Translations under genes and position numbers: made by a program
NCBI RefSeq assembly: GCF_006345805.1
Contig: NW_021835757.1
Span: 1 to 38,752 of the forward strand
From: Octopus sinensis
Taxonomy: Eukaryota
Reading direction: 5' to 3'
DNA length: 38,752 nucleotides
Notes under the pieces: generated by a model
Seen by the model: the letters and a program-made list of their open reading frames with translations, nothing else
Databases searched by the model: none
Told to the model about the DNA's origin: nothing
In this document: piece after piece, positions 23,804 through 36,523 of the stretch
How the letters are laid out: each line of letters opens with the position of its first letter
Numbering within the stretch: position 1 is the first letter of the stretch

Positions 23804-24010
23804 GTGTTTGTCCTTCCACTATCGCTTGACAACCGATGCTGGTGTGTTCATGTCCCCGTGACTTAGCGGTTCGGCAACAGAGAACCGATAGAATAAGTAC
23901 TAGGCTTACAAAGAATATGTCCTGGGGTCGATTTGCTCGATTAAAGGCGGTTCTCCAGCATGGCCACAGTCAAATGACTGAAACAAGTAACAGAATAAAT
24001 GAATAAAAAG
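23603..24010 (+). mobile_element. SINE family B, second copy (intron after coding exon 1)
   Basis: High similarity to 22633-23030; a decayed 3' half also lies at about 24830-25040. Confidence 0.8.
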
Positions 24011-24097
24011 ATTTTTTCTTACCCCGTTTTAAAAAAGTTACTTCAGAATTTTCCTGTACATTATTAAGTATATTGCTTGTCACGTGATTTAGGCAAA

Positions 24098-24104
24098 TAG
24101 ATAG

Positions 24105-24135
<31 letters not shown>

Positions 24136-24146
24136 GATAGATAGAT

Positions 24147-24184
<38 letters not shown>

Positions 24185-24185
24185 C

Positions 24186-24265
<80 letters not shown>

Positions 24266-24277
24266 GATGGATGGATG

Positions 24278-24336
<59 letters not shown>

Positions 24337-24337
24337 T

Positions 24338-24421
<84 letters not shown>
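24098..24421. repeat. (GATA)n microsatellite
   Basis: Direct inspection. Confidence 0.95.
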
Positions 24422-24422
<1 letters not shown>

Positions 24423-25041
24423 TTATTGTCACCAGTGATGTTCTCTGGGGGATTGCATTGTTGGGATTAATTGGACTTGTTAATGCCAGAGTTGTCTCTC
24501 CTCTTTTGCTCCTCTATTGTTTATGGATGAGAGTGGTTGAGAGCTAGTACGAGTGTGCATGTGTACCATCCCACTTGGATATAAGAAGGCGTAGTGTGTC
24601 AACCCTTATGTGTTCTATTTTCTAATATTGATAATTGGCGTCATAGAGATATGTAATCAGCACCACTCATTGTATGTTTTGCTAAACGCTGAGATTGTAT
24701 TTTAATATGATAACATAATTTTTGAACAAGCAATTGTGTAATCTTAGCAATTAGTTTAACAAAACATGGGTATGTTTAATAAAGTTTACAATACTACGTA
24801 CGTTTTCCGTTAAATGCATAAGTGTGTGCATTTGTGCTTGTCGCCCACCAGCACTGGATAACCCGTGTTAGTTCTGTATGCCCCCTATAACTTAGCGATG
24901 CGGCAAAAGATTCTGATGGAATAAGTACCAGAGCTGACAATAAATACTAGAATCAGTTTGTTCGACTAAACCCTTCATGGCGGTGTCCCAGTATAGCAGC
25001 AGTACAAAGCATGAAATAAGTAAAAGATAAAAAATAAAAGA

Positions 25042-25107
<66 letters not shown>

Positions 25108-25232
25108 ACGCACACACACATACATACGCATGAATACGTAGAGACAGATAAGGATACACACACACACCACACACACATATATATATACATACTATATCCC
25201 ATACATATATACATACGTATGGGTATATATAT

Positions 25233-25377
<145 letters not shown>

Positions 25378-25654
25378 TATGCATATATATAATTATTGGA
25401 GGGAATATTATCCCTAACAGGGAAAAAACGTATATATTTGGTATATATTTAGTAGAATAACAAATATATACCAAATATATACGTTTTTATTATTATTTTG
25501 CAATTTACTTAATCATCGGTATTTTATTGTTATTTTAATTTTAATATTTCTATTATATGTAATTTTCTAGATATTGTAATTTATTTGTTTATTTTGAATT
25601 GATAAAAGGTGTTTTTTTTCTAATTTATATATATATATATATGTATGTATATAA

Positions 25655-25689
<35 letters not shown>

Positions 25690-25692
<3 letters not shown>

Positions 25693-26515
25693 TAAGAAAA
25701 ATGGGGCAGTCAGAATTTGGGATAATTCTTTATTTTTTTGCACTTTCATCCGTTCATGGGGACTTTTCAAAATAAATTTTATAGAAAGCTTCTAGGCTTT
25801 TATACAAATGGAGAGGGAGAGAGGTGAAAGAGAAAACAGGGAGGAAGGAAGAGAGGGAGGACAGGAGGAGAGGAGGGTTGAGAGGGAGAAGGAGAGACAG
25901 GGAGGACAGAAGAGAAAGCAGAAAAAAGCACTTATACGTTTGGGGATTGTCTGTGATGAACAGGTGTTTGGTGGCATTTCAAGATGTCAGTTTTGTTTCT
26001 CCCCAAACATGAATATTTCCTTTCTGCTATCTTTCCTGTCCTCTTTGTATCCCTCCCTCTCCTCCTCTCCTCCCTCCCTTCCTCCCTGTTTTCTCTTTTA
26101 ATTATCTTCCTCTCCATTTGTATAAAGAGCTGTTCTTCACTCCTGCTCCAGAGAGTCGGCTGCGGGGTCACTCCGAAAAGCTCTATCTGCGACGATTTCA
26201 TCTCAATCGAAGGAGAGGGGCTTTCTCCGTCCGGGTTGCGGATCCGTGGAATAAGATGCCGACGACTGCTCGGTTCAAAATCTCTCTTGACCAGAAATGG
26301 CCTGAACTCTTTGCATGAACACCCTCCCTGTACACAACTCCATGTCCCCCTACATGGCCTTGCTTTTTGCTTTTTGAGCCAAAAAATGAACTTAACTTAA
26401 CTTAAAAGCCCAAAAACTTCCTATAAAATTTATTTTAAAAACTCCTCCTAAATGAATGAAAGCGCTAAAAATAAAGAATTATCCAGAATTCTGACTGCCT
26501 CTTTTCTCTTAATAC
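25690..26515. mobile_element. Old foldback/MITE with ~250-bp inverted arms, right arm interrupted by a CR1 fragment
   Basis: 25690-25800 is inverse to 26404-26515, and 25800-25946 is inverse to 26000-26125. Confidence 0.7.
26126..26403 (+). mobile_element. CR1-type LINE 3' end
   Basis: LFFTPAPESRLRGHSEKLYLRRFHLNRRRGAFSVRVADPWNKMP (RGH..KL...RR..FS.RV...WN.LP motif) and an (AACTT)n tail. Confidence 0.8.
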
Positions 26516-26734
26516 AAAATATCTGTACATCACTTCAAACATTCTATACACACATACATACACACATACATACATGCATACATACATACATACATACATA
26601 CATACATACATACATACATACATACATACACACACACACATACACACATACATACATACATACATACATACATACATACATACATACATACATACATACA
26701 TACATACATGCATACATACATACATACGCCATGA

Positions 26735-27085
26735 TAGATGGTTAGCTACTACACACATTTTTTTCTCTCCTTGTTTCTCTCGTTTTTTTCTGTGTATCTT
26801 TCTGTAGAAGAGCGTAGGCTCGAAACGTAAAAGACTTTTTCTATTCCTGAGCGCTATACTAATATTCCGCCGAGGTCGACTTTGCCTTTCATCCTTTCGG
26901 GGTCGATAAATAAAGTACCAGCTTCCCACTGGGGTCGATGTAATCGACTTAATCCGTTTGTCTGTCCATGTTTGTCCTCTCTATGTTTAGCCCCTTGTGG
27001 GCAGTATAGAAATATACACTAATACATCTGTTTGTTTGTACACCACATGCCTTCGCCTTTTGTTTATCTTCGTAAACTTTCCCTT
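26735..27085 (+). mobile_element. Third copy of the hammerhead-like short element, interrupted by a SINE A fragment (about 26865-27012)
   Basis: ctgtagaagagcgtaggctcgaaacgtaaaagac; the element resumes at ctaatacatctgtttg. Confidence 0.65.
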
Positions 27086-27198
27086 TACATACATATAAAT
27101 GTAAAATGAGGTTGAAAATTGGATATTAATTTGATTAACATCAATTTAAAAACCAGTGGTCTAGCATATTAAAATCTGACGGTTCAGAAATGTTCCTT

Positions 27199-27246
<48 letters not shown>

Positions 27247-27279
27247 CCATTATATTTTGCTTTCTTTTCTTTTTTGCAG

Positions 27280-27411
27280 GTGCATTCCTTATACCATACT
27301 GGATTATGCAGCTGGTTGTAGGAATGCCATTATTTTTTCTGGAGCTTTCCTTTGGTCAGTTTGCAAGTCTTGGACCAATAACCATTTGGCGAGTGATCCC
27401 TTTGTTAAAAG
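27280..27411 (+). CDS. SLC6 transporter coding exon 2
   Basis: ttttgcag| [45 protein letters not shown]|gtac. 132 nt, phase 1-1, in frame with exon 1. Confidence 0.95.
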
Positions 27412-27719
27412 GTACAATTGTACGTCGTTGATAAACTCAACTCTAAGTATATCATCGTATACTGTTTTGGTGCTGGAATAATTTTTACTCGGGATGGGAC
27501 AATTTTTTTTTCATTTCATCATTCACGAAATACATTCTAGTATATAATATTTCTGTCGAAGTATTGATATGTGTGTCCTTGCATCTATGTCCTTTTGGTT
27601 TTATTTTTAACATTTCTCCCAAATGGAGAAAGAACCGTTAGTTTTTAACCCCAGAATTACTGAAATGTAGGAACATCAGCCAACATCGCAAGGTATTTTA
27701 TCCGACCGGAATGAAACAA

Positions 27720-28085
27720 TTGGGCACAGCTATTTGGATTAGCTCATTTGGCATGGGTTCCTTTTGTGTTGATCTAAGCCACAAGTTCTTAGACCTACCT
27801 CTCCTTCTATATCCATCCGGATTCCACTGTAAAGCACTTTTCGCTACATTTGGTGTGTCTTTTCTAATTGTGCTACCAATCCACTTCCATTTTTTCTTAA
27901 ATATTTGCTCCTTAATCGAAACTTGATTTGTTCTTTGCTATAGCTCCATATTGCTTATGTGTTCGGGCCATCTAATTTTAAGTATACTACGCAAGCATCT
28001 CTTGATGAATGATTGTATTTGCTTATTTGACTTCACTGTTGTTCGCCATGTCTCAGCCCCATACAATAACACTGCTTGGAGAAAC
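27720..28085 (-). mobile_element. RTE-clade LINE fragment
   Basis: AVLLYGAETW...IKRCLRSILKIRWPEHISN, KWKWIG, LQWNPDG.RRRGR. Confidence 0.85.
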
Positions 28086-28324
28086 ATTAAAATGATTGAT
28101 GTCAAATAAGTCAACGCCAAATAGGCGGCGTCAAAATGGCTGTGCTAAAACCTCTCTTATCCATAGCCGACAGCTCTAACGTTTCAGCGAGTTCATTACC
28201 TTGCATTACTGATTATTTTCACCAATCCACTGCCCTGCCCTGCAACGCTAACAGTATCGATCATGATAATTTACAAACAATCCAATCTTTTTTTCAATGT
28301 TTATATTAGTATTTTTATTTATTA

Positions 28325-28709
28325 CTAGCAGTATCGCCCGGCGTTGCTCGGGTTTGTAAGGGAAATAACTATAAAGCATTTTTAGAGAGTTATAGCCAAA
28401 AAATAGCAAAAAAATGTATTAAAAATGGAAAAAAATGATGGTAAATTTTTTTTAAATCGTTGACTCATCATAGGCATTTTTAGAGCGTTACTTCCCTTAG
28501 CGAAAAAATGCATTAAAATGGAAAAAAATTATGGTAAATTATTTTTAAATCGTAGACTCATCGTAGACGCGCGCTAATACCCAGAAGGGCTCGATAGAAT
28601 CACAACTATAAGATACCCGGTTTGGTTAAACTGCACCGCAAAATGTGGGAGTAGTTCGGAATCTAAATCGTAGGAGACAGACACACAACCTTACTTTTAT
28701 ATATAAAGA
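28325..28709 (-). mobile_element. Non-autonomous Helitron
   Basis: Minus strand starts A|TCTTTATATATAAAAG and ends CCCGAGCAACGCCGGG-N-CTAG|T: 5' TC, subterminal hairpin, 3' CTAG, inserted at AT. Confidence 0.8.
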
Positions 28710-28784
28710 TATAAAGATTTTATATATTTATAATCTATATACTTATTTCATATATTTATTGTTTCCATTTTGTTTGGTGTGCTG

Positions 28785-28985
28785 TCACAATCGTTAGAAC
28801 ACCGGACAAAATGCTTAGCGGCATTTTGTCCATACGTTCTAAATTCAAATCCAACTAAGGTTGACTTTGCTTTTCATCCTTTCGGGGTCGATTAAATAAG
28901 TGCCGGTTAAGTACCGGGATCGATTAATCGATTACCCTTCTCCCTCAAAATTACAGGCCTTGTGCCTATAACAAAAAGAATATAT
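28785..28985 (+). mobile_element. SINE family A ending just before the exon 3 acceptor
   Basis: Family motifs. Confidence 0.7.
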
Positions 28986-29015
28986 TCAATTAATTTTTTT
29001 TTTTTTTCCTTTCAG

Positions 29016-29177
29016 GTTTGGGTTATGCAATGGTCCTCTGCTCATTCTTTATAACCATCTACTATAATGTCATTATCACCTACTGTTTCACATATCTTTT
29101 TGCTTCCATGACCAGCACGCTCCCATACGCTAGCTGTAACAAAGAATATAGTTCACCGGAGTGTTTTGACGGAATCA
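29016..29177 (+). CDS. SLC6 transporter coding exon 3 (TM3 and start of EL2)
   Basis: ctttcag| GLGYAMVLCSFFITIYYNVIITYCFTYLFASMTSTLPYASCNKEYSSPECFDGI; includes the YYN motif and the EL2 cysteine pair. Donor A|gttaag keeps frame with the next exon. Confidence 0.9.
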
Positions 29178-29767
29178 GTTAAGTAACAAAATATATCTGC
29201 TTTCTTCATGCATTTTACTTCTCTTTTATTTACGTTTACGTCTGTTTTACTCTGAACCAATTAACAGACTCTCAAACCCCGCAGGAGAAATTTAGCTTGG
29301 TTACGAAGTTTCCAAAAAGTTCATTTACTCCCTTAATGCTTATCTAATGTTTCTCACGCACAAAGGTACCCTTAATACCAATCCCTTGTAGAATCAGAGT
29401 GACACAGTGCTATACAGCTAGAAGTTTCACTTACAGGAGAAATCCATCTGGTGGGCTTCCACGCAGTTTCCATTTGCCAAGTTTGATTTTCAAGATTTGG
29501 TTCACCCGAGACGTCACAGAGTAGGCTTGATTTTAAGAACTCGAGATTAAGAAACGATATCCAGTTACTTTTCAGCTTTTTAGGATCGATAAAATAAGTT
29601 CAGCACAGGGGGTGATATAATCGACTTGCCCTTCTCCCAAATTTCAGGCCTTGAACCAAATGTAGAAAGAATTATTAATCTTTTTAAATGAACCCTCAAT
29701 GGTTAATAAAGGAAAGATTATTATTATTATTATTATTATTATTTTATTATTATTATTATAATTATTA

Positions 29768-29799
<32 letters not shown>

Positions 29800-29995
29800 G
29801 GGTGGCGAGCTGGCAGAATCGTTAGCACGCCCAGCGAAATGCTTAGCAGTATTTCGTCTACCGCTACATTTTGAGTTCAAATTCCACCGGAGTCGACTTT
29901 ACCTTTCGTTAAGTACCAGTGAAACACCGGGGTCGATGTAATCAACTAGTCCCCTTCCCCCAATTTCAGGCTTTGTGCTTATAGTAGAAAAGGTT
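29800..29995 (+). mobile_element. SINE family A (internally deleted)
   Basis: Family head and tail. Confidence 0.7.
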
Positions 29996-30180
29996 ACTAT
30001 TATTATGTTTTTTCCTTCTTTCTTCAAATTTTCTTCCGTTTCTCGCCGAGTGTTTTCCATACACCTAGGGCAGAGAAGGGCATTGTATGCATTTCCAGAT
30101 TACACGCGCAAAAATTCAAAGATAAAATATGTATTTAAAAATTAATAACTAAATAAATTCATGGATGGATGTTATCATTA

Positions 30181-30267
<87 letters not shown>

Positions 30268-30271
<4 letters not shown>

Positions 30272-30639
30272 TAGTCTTCTTTTTATCATGTGCTTTCATT
30301 GCACTACCGAGTACAGCTCTGTGTGCCTTGGGTACGTGCTGTGGTTTGTTGTCTTATTTCCATGGCGTGCGGTGCCTAGTAGTGCTATTTTCTGTGTTAT
30401 ACATACTCGTTAGTCCTGGTCTTTTTGTTATGTATTTGTCTGAATATTGTTTTATCATACCTAATGCGCCAACGATGATAGACTCCACTTTCGAGTTACC
30501 TCTATCTCTAGGTTTTTGTATTTTGAAAGTTTCTCTGTTTCTTTTAGAAACATTATCATTTGTTGGTATTGATACATCGATTACAAAGCAACTTTTTTCT
30601 TGGTGATCTCTGACAACTATATTCGGCCTATTGGCTTTA

Positions 30640-30718
<79 letters not shown>

Positions 30719-31064
30719 GGTATATCCCAGAGTATGGTTGCTTTCTCATTTTCTGTGATCTTTTCTGGCGTATACTTATACTATCTTTTTTCTGTTGTTA
30801 TTCCATAGTGTTAGCATAGCTTCCAGTGTATGTAGGTCCCAACTTTGTCGTGTCTGTGAATATATTCCTTCTTAGCCAGGACTGGGCAGTCAGAGACAAT
30901 GATTTATTAGCTTAAGTAAGGAAGACCAAAGTGGTATTAACGTACACGAAGTAGTCTTCGCTGGGAGTTATGGTTTTGTTCAGTATGATATCGGTTTCCG
31001 TTGAATTCATATTTTCGCCGCTGTTTAGTAACGTTTCATTACCTGTGAATGATAATAAAAAAGA

Positions 31065-31119
<55 letters not shown>

Positions 31120-32045
31120 TAATAATATTGGATTTACCAAAGAAATACAAGTAACTGCAGTTACTTGTATTTCTTTTCATTACATGTTTTTGGTAATTTC
31201 TGGTGGGGAGGCTTTTTTCTTGTGCTGCAGTTAAAATCTTTCAGTCTCTGCTTTGAGTCCTGACCTTCTCAGCCATTGCTGGGATTTTGCTTTGTCTATT
31301 TCTTTTCTGTTTAGTGTAACCCAGTATTTGCCATGAAAGGACTTTTCTTGCTATCGTTTTATCATGATCCCTTGCTGTTCCAGTTTTGGTTTGGCTTTCA
31401 GTTGTTTTACAGCTTTTGTTGTTTCTTCTTTTTCATCATATTTTCTTCATATGATTTCTTTTTGTATTTGTTAGCTTCCTTCAAAACTGAATCCAGTTTT
31501 TTTTTGTTTTGTTCGTGTTTTGTGGCTATTTGTATTTGTTTTCCTTGCTTCTGAAGTAGGTATTTCTGTAGACCTGTGGTGGTTGGGTGATTATTTTGTA
31601 ATAGTTTTTAGCTGTATAAGGCCTCTGTTACCTTCTATAGGTTGAATATAACATTTCTATGTCAGATTTTGCGTGATGCATCCTAAATCCAGCCATTATT
31701 TTTCTTGTTTCCTGTCTGTTTTTGATTAGTTCACTTACAGTCCAGTTAAGAATATTGTACCTGTAACTTATAACTGGGATAGCTAGAGTGTTGATACCTC
31801 TTATTTTGTTTCTCGTACTGAGATCTGTTTTCAGTATTAATCTGATTCGTCTATAGTATTCTTTCATTTGTGTGTGTTGTATCGTGTCTAGTTCATTGAT
31901 TCCTAAGTATGCCTGGCTTTGGTCCAATTCTCTTATTTCTGTACCTAGTGTGATGTTGTTACTCTTAACTAGTTTTCTTCTTTTCTAATTTGCTTTGGCA
32001 CATTTTTCTAAGCCGAATTTCATGTTTATTTCTTTGGTAAATCCA
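30268..32045 (-). mobile_element. 5'-truncated R4/Dong-like LINE (RT end, CCHC, REL), interrupted at 30907-31176 by an inverted host-exon copy
   Basis: FTKEINMKFGLEKCAK; YLGINE...EYYRRIRLILKTDLSTRNKIRGINTLAIPVISY; GLKAETE..AAQEKSLPTRNY; IVSDCPVLAKKEYIHRHDKV; ANRPNIVVRDHQEKSCFVIDVSIP; (TAA)n at both ends. Confidence 0.85.
30907..31147 (-). repeat. Inverted duplicate of SLC6 exon 4 with flanking splice sites
   Basis: Reverse complement of 32027-32414 apart from a shorter microsatellite, a 3-nt deletion and three exon/donor-side substitutions. Confidence 0.95.
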
Positions 32046-32060
32046 TTATTATTATTATTA

Positions 32061-32132
<72 letters not shown>

Positions 32133-32208
32133 CTACTACTACTACTACCTACTACTATTACTATTATTACTATTACTATTACCATCATCATCATCATCAT
32201 CATCATCA

Positions 32209-32252
<44 letters not shown>

Positions 32253-32275
32253 TCTTTTTTTATTATCATTCACAG

Positions 32276-32375
32276 GTAATGAAACGTTACTAAACAGCGG
32301 CGAAAATATGAATTCATCAACAGAAACCGATATCATACTGAACAAAACCATAACTCCCAGTGAAGACTACTTCGT
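32276..32375 (+). CDS. SLC6 transporter coding exon 4 (glycosylated EL2)
   Basis: ttcacag| SNETLLNSGENMNSSTETDIILNKTITPSEDYF(V) |gtatgt. 100 nt, phase 1-2. TPSEDYF matches the SLC6 SP.EE(F/Y) motif; three N-X-S/T sequons. Confidence 0.88.
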
Positions 32376-33685
32376 GTATGTTAATACCACTTTGGTCTTC
32401 CTTACTTAAGCTAAATGCCTCCCTCAGATAATCAGTAGTGAACTGAGTCATTGAAGTGTCAAACTGATCTTAGATAAGGCGAAATTTGGTAGAAGTATCA
32501 CTATATTCGGGTATTTTGGGTATGCTGTTATTTTGAAAATACCGCACGATGTGACGACCGTGCTGTGCATGGTTACGGATTGCCCTTTGGCAAGGTATAA
32601 CACCCGTTCAGTCACCCTGCCAAGGATACAGCGAAGTCATTGGACTGCCGCATGACGGATTGTGAAGAGGTGGCAGTAGAGCTCAACTGAGCCAATCGTG
32701 CTTCTTACATTGATTCTGTGTGGAGGAATCCTAGAAGATCAACAGTCAGAATCGCCAAGATCTTATCAAGAGAGTAATTGCAATACATCTATAGGGGTGG
32801 CGTCCATGGTTGTACAACCATCTAATGAAAGATTCGCTATGACTCAAGCTACCACTTCAAGTGCATAGTAATGGAACTGGATAACGAGTCATGGGAATCC
32901 GTGAACTGCGAAAATAAATCACTGTATAATTGGTGGGTGCTATGTTAGGTTTCATCATGAGTTTGAATTTCAGCATCTTGTGAATCCATCTACAGCAGAA
33001 ACAGAATAGACAGTACAGAGCAGGGATATTTGGAACTATGTTGGACAATAATATACTGGACAGTGTGGTGGGTACAGAGATAAAGTGGACTGTAGAGGTC
33101 TGAAACACACTTGGTAATAGTGGACGGAGGCAGAGAAGGTAGTGGAAATGAGAAAAAGAATTGACAATGTAAACAAGACTAAGCAAGCTAAAGGAGGAGA
33201 AAATAATGGAAAACAGAGCCAGTGGGAAAATGGAGGACAGAAACATAGTGGTCAGCGGGGTATAGCGGCCTATAGTACAGTAGAGCAAAGAACTGGTTAG
33301 ATAGTGAGACAAGGATGGATAAGAACAGGTTGGATTATAGAAGAAACAGAATGGACAATGAGAGACAACAATAGACTGGATAGAGAACTGAGACAGGCGA
33401 GATATTGGGAAACAAAAACAAGCTGGACCGATGAGCATAGGCCTAAGGAGGGCAATGGAAGACAAGAGAGGGAAGAGTAGTGAAGAGGAGTGGAGCAACA
33501 AGCAAATTTGGTGATAGAAGACAGGAACAGAGCGGAGCGTGGTGAGCAGGACTACAGAAAACAGAGGAGGACAGAAGTAGATTGGATGAGGGACTGAAAC
33601 AGACAAATAGATTGACGAGCAAAGTAAATTCAAATTGCTCAGGCTGTCGAACAACAGTCTGAGAATTCAAATATACGTACTTATA

Positions 33686-33729
<44 letters not shown>

Positions 33730-33843
33730 TATATACGTCACTAAAGTGAACAAGGACACTAATCAGCATCAAATCAACATACGATTTCAACGGAAAATCT
33801 TATAAGCTGACAAGACGAGACGAGTTTAACCCTAGGCGCGGTG

Positions 33844-33909
33844 AGGGCCACTGATGTGCGTTAAGATGAGTTAAGCATCAGAATACGAAATCATCGGTGA
33901 TCTGGCTCT
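33844..33909 (+). ncRNA. Degenerate type I hammerhead-like motif in a (TA)n-flanked element (about 33736-34190)
   Basis: AGGGCCA-CTGATGT...AC-GAAA-TCATCGGTGA-TC-TGGCTCT: 7-bp stem I and palindromic stem III. Confidence 0.45.
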
Positions 33910-34203
33910 ATCTGCTATCATTGTCAAGTGTCTTGACTCTGCGTGCTTTATCTTCGATACTTTGGCAACAGTCCGGATACTTATTGATCATACCTTGTAT
34001 ACACACTAAAATGCAGTATTTATTCCCAGAAACGGAGAACAGGAAAAACACACAAACTGAAGCTCATCCCATGTCAGTTATGTTATCAACCAAAAAATCA
34101 ACACAATTTCGACCCCTTATCGATAATATTGTTCAATTAGGTGGCGTCAACGGCAAGCATGAAGAGCAGAAAGGGCCGAGTACAGAAAGTATATATAATA
34201 TAT

Positions 34204-34291
<88 letters not shown>

Positions 34292-34323
34292 GGCGAGGAC
34301 AGAAAGTATATATATATATATAT

Positions 34324-34363
<40 letters not shown>

Positions 34364-34364
34364 T

Positions 34365-35510
34365 TAGTGCAAGTTTTGAAGAATGTAGTTCGATTTTAAC
34401 AGTTATTTTTTCAAACTTATAATGTAAGTAGAAAGGAGCATATTCGGCACATTTTGCTTTATGAGTTCAATAAAGGCAACAACACAACGGAAAATGTGAG
34501 GAGTATTAATGCAATATATATGGGAATCGGACAATAAGCGGAAGCCAGTGTCAACGGTGGTTCCAGAAATTCCTAGCCTACAAAACTAGCCTCAATCTGG
34601 AAGATTTGCAGAGCTCGACGAGGACGTCCTGCAAACCCTGGTGGAACAAAATCTCATCGTAACTGTTGAGGAACTAGCAGAGGAGCTTGGATTTGGTCAT
34701 TCAACCATTCATCGAAACCTGCATGCCATCGGAAAAGTCAGCAAATTGGGTCAATAGGTTCCTCACAAACTTTCTTAGTCTAATCGCACGCAGAGAATGA
34801 ATACGTGCTGTTCTTTGCTGTTACTTCTCAGGAATAAACCGTTTTTGGACCGAATAGTGACTAGTGACAAGAAATGGGTTCTCTATAAAAAGGTCAAGCG
34901 CCGAAGATAGTAGATAGAAAAAGGAAAAACATCGGCACCTCTGGCTAAAGAAAGTCTTCACCCACGTAAGGTTTTGTTATCTGTTTGGTGGGATATGAAA
35001 GGTTTAGTTCACTTTGAACATTCAAACCCAAACCAAACGGTAACAAGAGATCTACTGCGAGCAGCTTGAACGGCTTAAGTAAGCGATAGAAGAAAAACGA
35101 CCATCTTTACTTTCAAAATGAAAGGTGTTCTTCCATCAGGATAATGTTCGACCACATACAGCGAGGATGACATTCGAAAGGCTGGAGCAGTTTGAATGGA
35201 AAACGATGCCCTACCCACCATATTCGCCGGACACTGCCCCATCTGATTGTCATATTTATTCTGAAGTCTTCAAAATCATTTGGACGAGGAAAATATGAAT
35301 TCTGTAAACGAAGCCAGAACAGCATTGGAGGAGTATTTTTCATCGCGGACAAGTGAATTTTGGAAGAGGGGCCTTGCAAGTCTACCAGATATATGGAAGA
35401 ACATTGTAGATACTGAAGGAGAGTATATTCTAGATTTTAAAATACTTTGTTCATCTTAATTTTGAAAATAAAAGAAGTTTAAAAAATCCGCATTAAGGGA
35501 TGACTCAATT
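34365..35510 (+). mobile_element. Degenerate mariner (DD34D-type) transposon
   Basis: EHIRHILLYEFNKG, (W)VPHKL, RIVTSDKKWVLY, WWDMKGLVHFE, FHQDNVRPH, PPYSPDTAPSD; multiple stops and frameshifts. Confidence 0.9.
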
Positions 35511-35533
35511 GTATATACATATATATATATATA

Positions 35534-36380
35534 CAGGGTGCGATGGGTAAATTGGCGTGCATATTGTTTCTTTTTGATTTTGTCGACTACACAGTATGGT
35601 AGGGTCAGTTGGGCACCGTCTTGGAAAAGAACAGCACCATGACGCAATTCACTCTGCCAGAAATTTGGAATCAACATGCTGTACTGCTTGGCATTTGCGC
35701 TGGAAGCTCCAATATGAATAGAAGGTGAACAAAGAACAACCGTTGGCTTGCCATGTCCCCAAAACATATACTGAAAATGATAAAATTCAAACATTCACTC
35801 AATATCATGGTGTTTGGAGTGATCACTAGTGATGGCGACGTTATGCCTCCATTCATCTTCCCTCACGGCTCCACACTCAACATAGAGGTCTACATCAAGT
35901 GCCTGAAGGAGGTAGTGCTGCCCTGGGTCAAGAGGGTGTCTGCTGGAAGACCCTATGTCTGGCAACAGGGTTTTGCACGATGCCACACAAGCAGCAGAAC
36001 CCAGTCACAGCAGTGAGATAATTTCTGCAACCACATCTGCCGCCTAACTCCCCAGATTGCAACCCCCTTGATTATTATGTGCGATGCGCAGTTGAGCGAA
36101 AGACCAACGTAAACCCCTTGTAACAACAAAGATGAACTGAAGGCAAGGATTATGGCAGCATTCACCAACTTAAACAAGGGGACCGTCCAGAAGAGATGCA
36201 GAAGATTCCGAAGTTGTCTGGAGGCCGTGGTTGAAGCCAATGGCAATTTTTTGAATAAATTTACTCTTTAGTATTTCAAGATATTTTCACATAACTTAGG
36301 TAAATATATCTGTTAAAATGAAATGTCAGTGTTATTTTCATTTTTGCATAACTTAGACGACGATATATTCACTGTACCCA
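35534..36380 (+). mobile_element. Internally deleted Tc1/mariner (maT/DD37D-like) transposon
   Basis: TA|CAGGGTG end; IMVFGVITSDGDVMPPFIF...VVLPW...PYVWQQ...PPNSPDCNPLDYYV. Confidence 0.8.
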
Positions 36381-36404
36381 GAATATATTATATACATATA
36401 TATA

Positions 36405-36523
<119 letters not shown>

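Noticed and set aside
30907-31065. Exon of a separate antisense SLC6 paralog
   Set aside because: No other minus-strand SLC6 exons occur in the window, and the copy is embedded in a LINE and includes that LINE's own junction.
32857-33654. 265-aa minus-strand ORF
   Set aside because: Compositionally biased (L/S/F-rich mirror of a purine-rich strand) with no recognisable motif; probably decayed repeat sequence.
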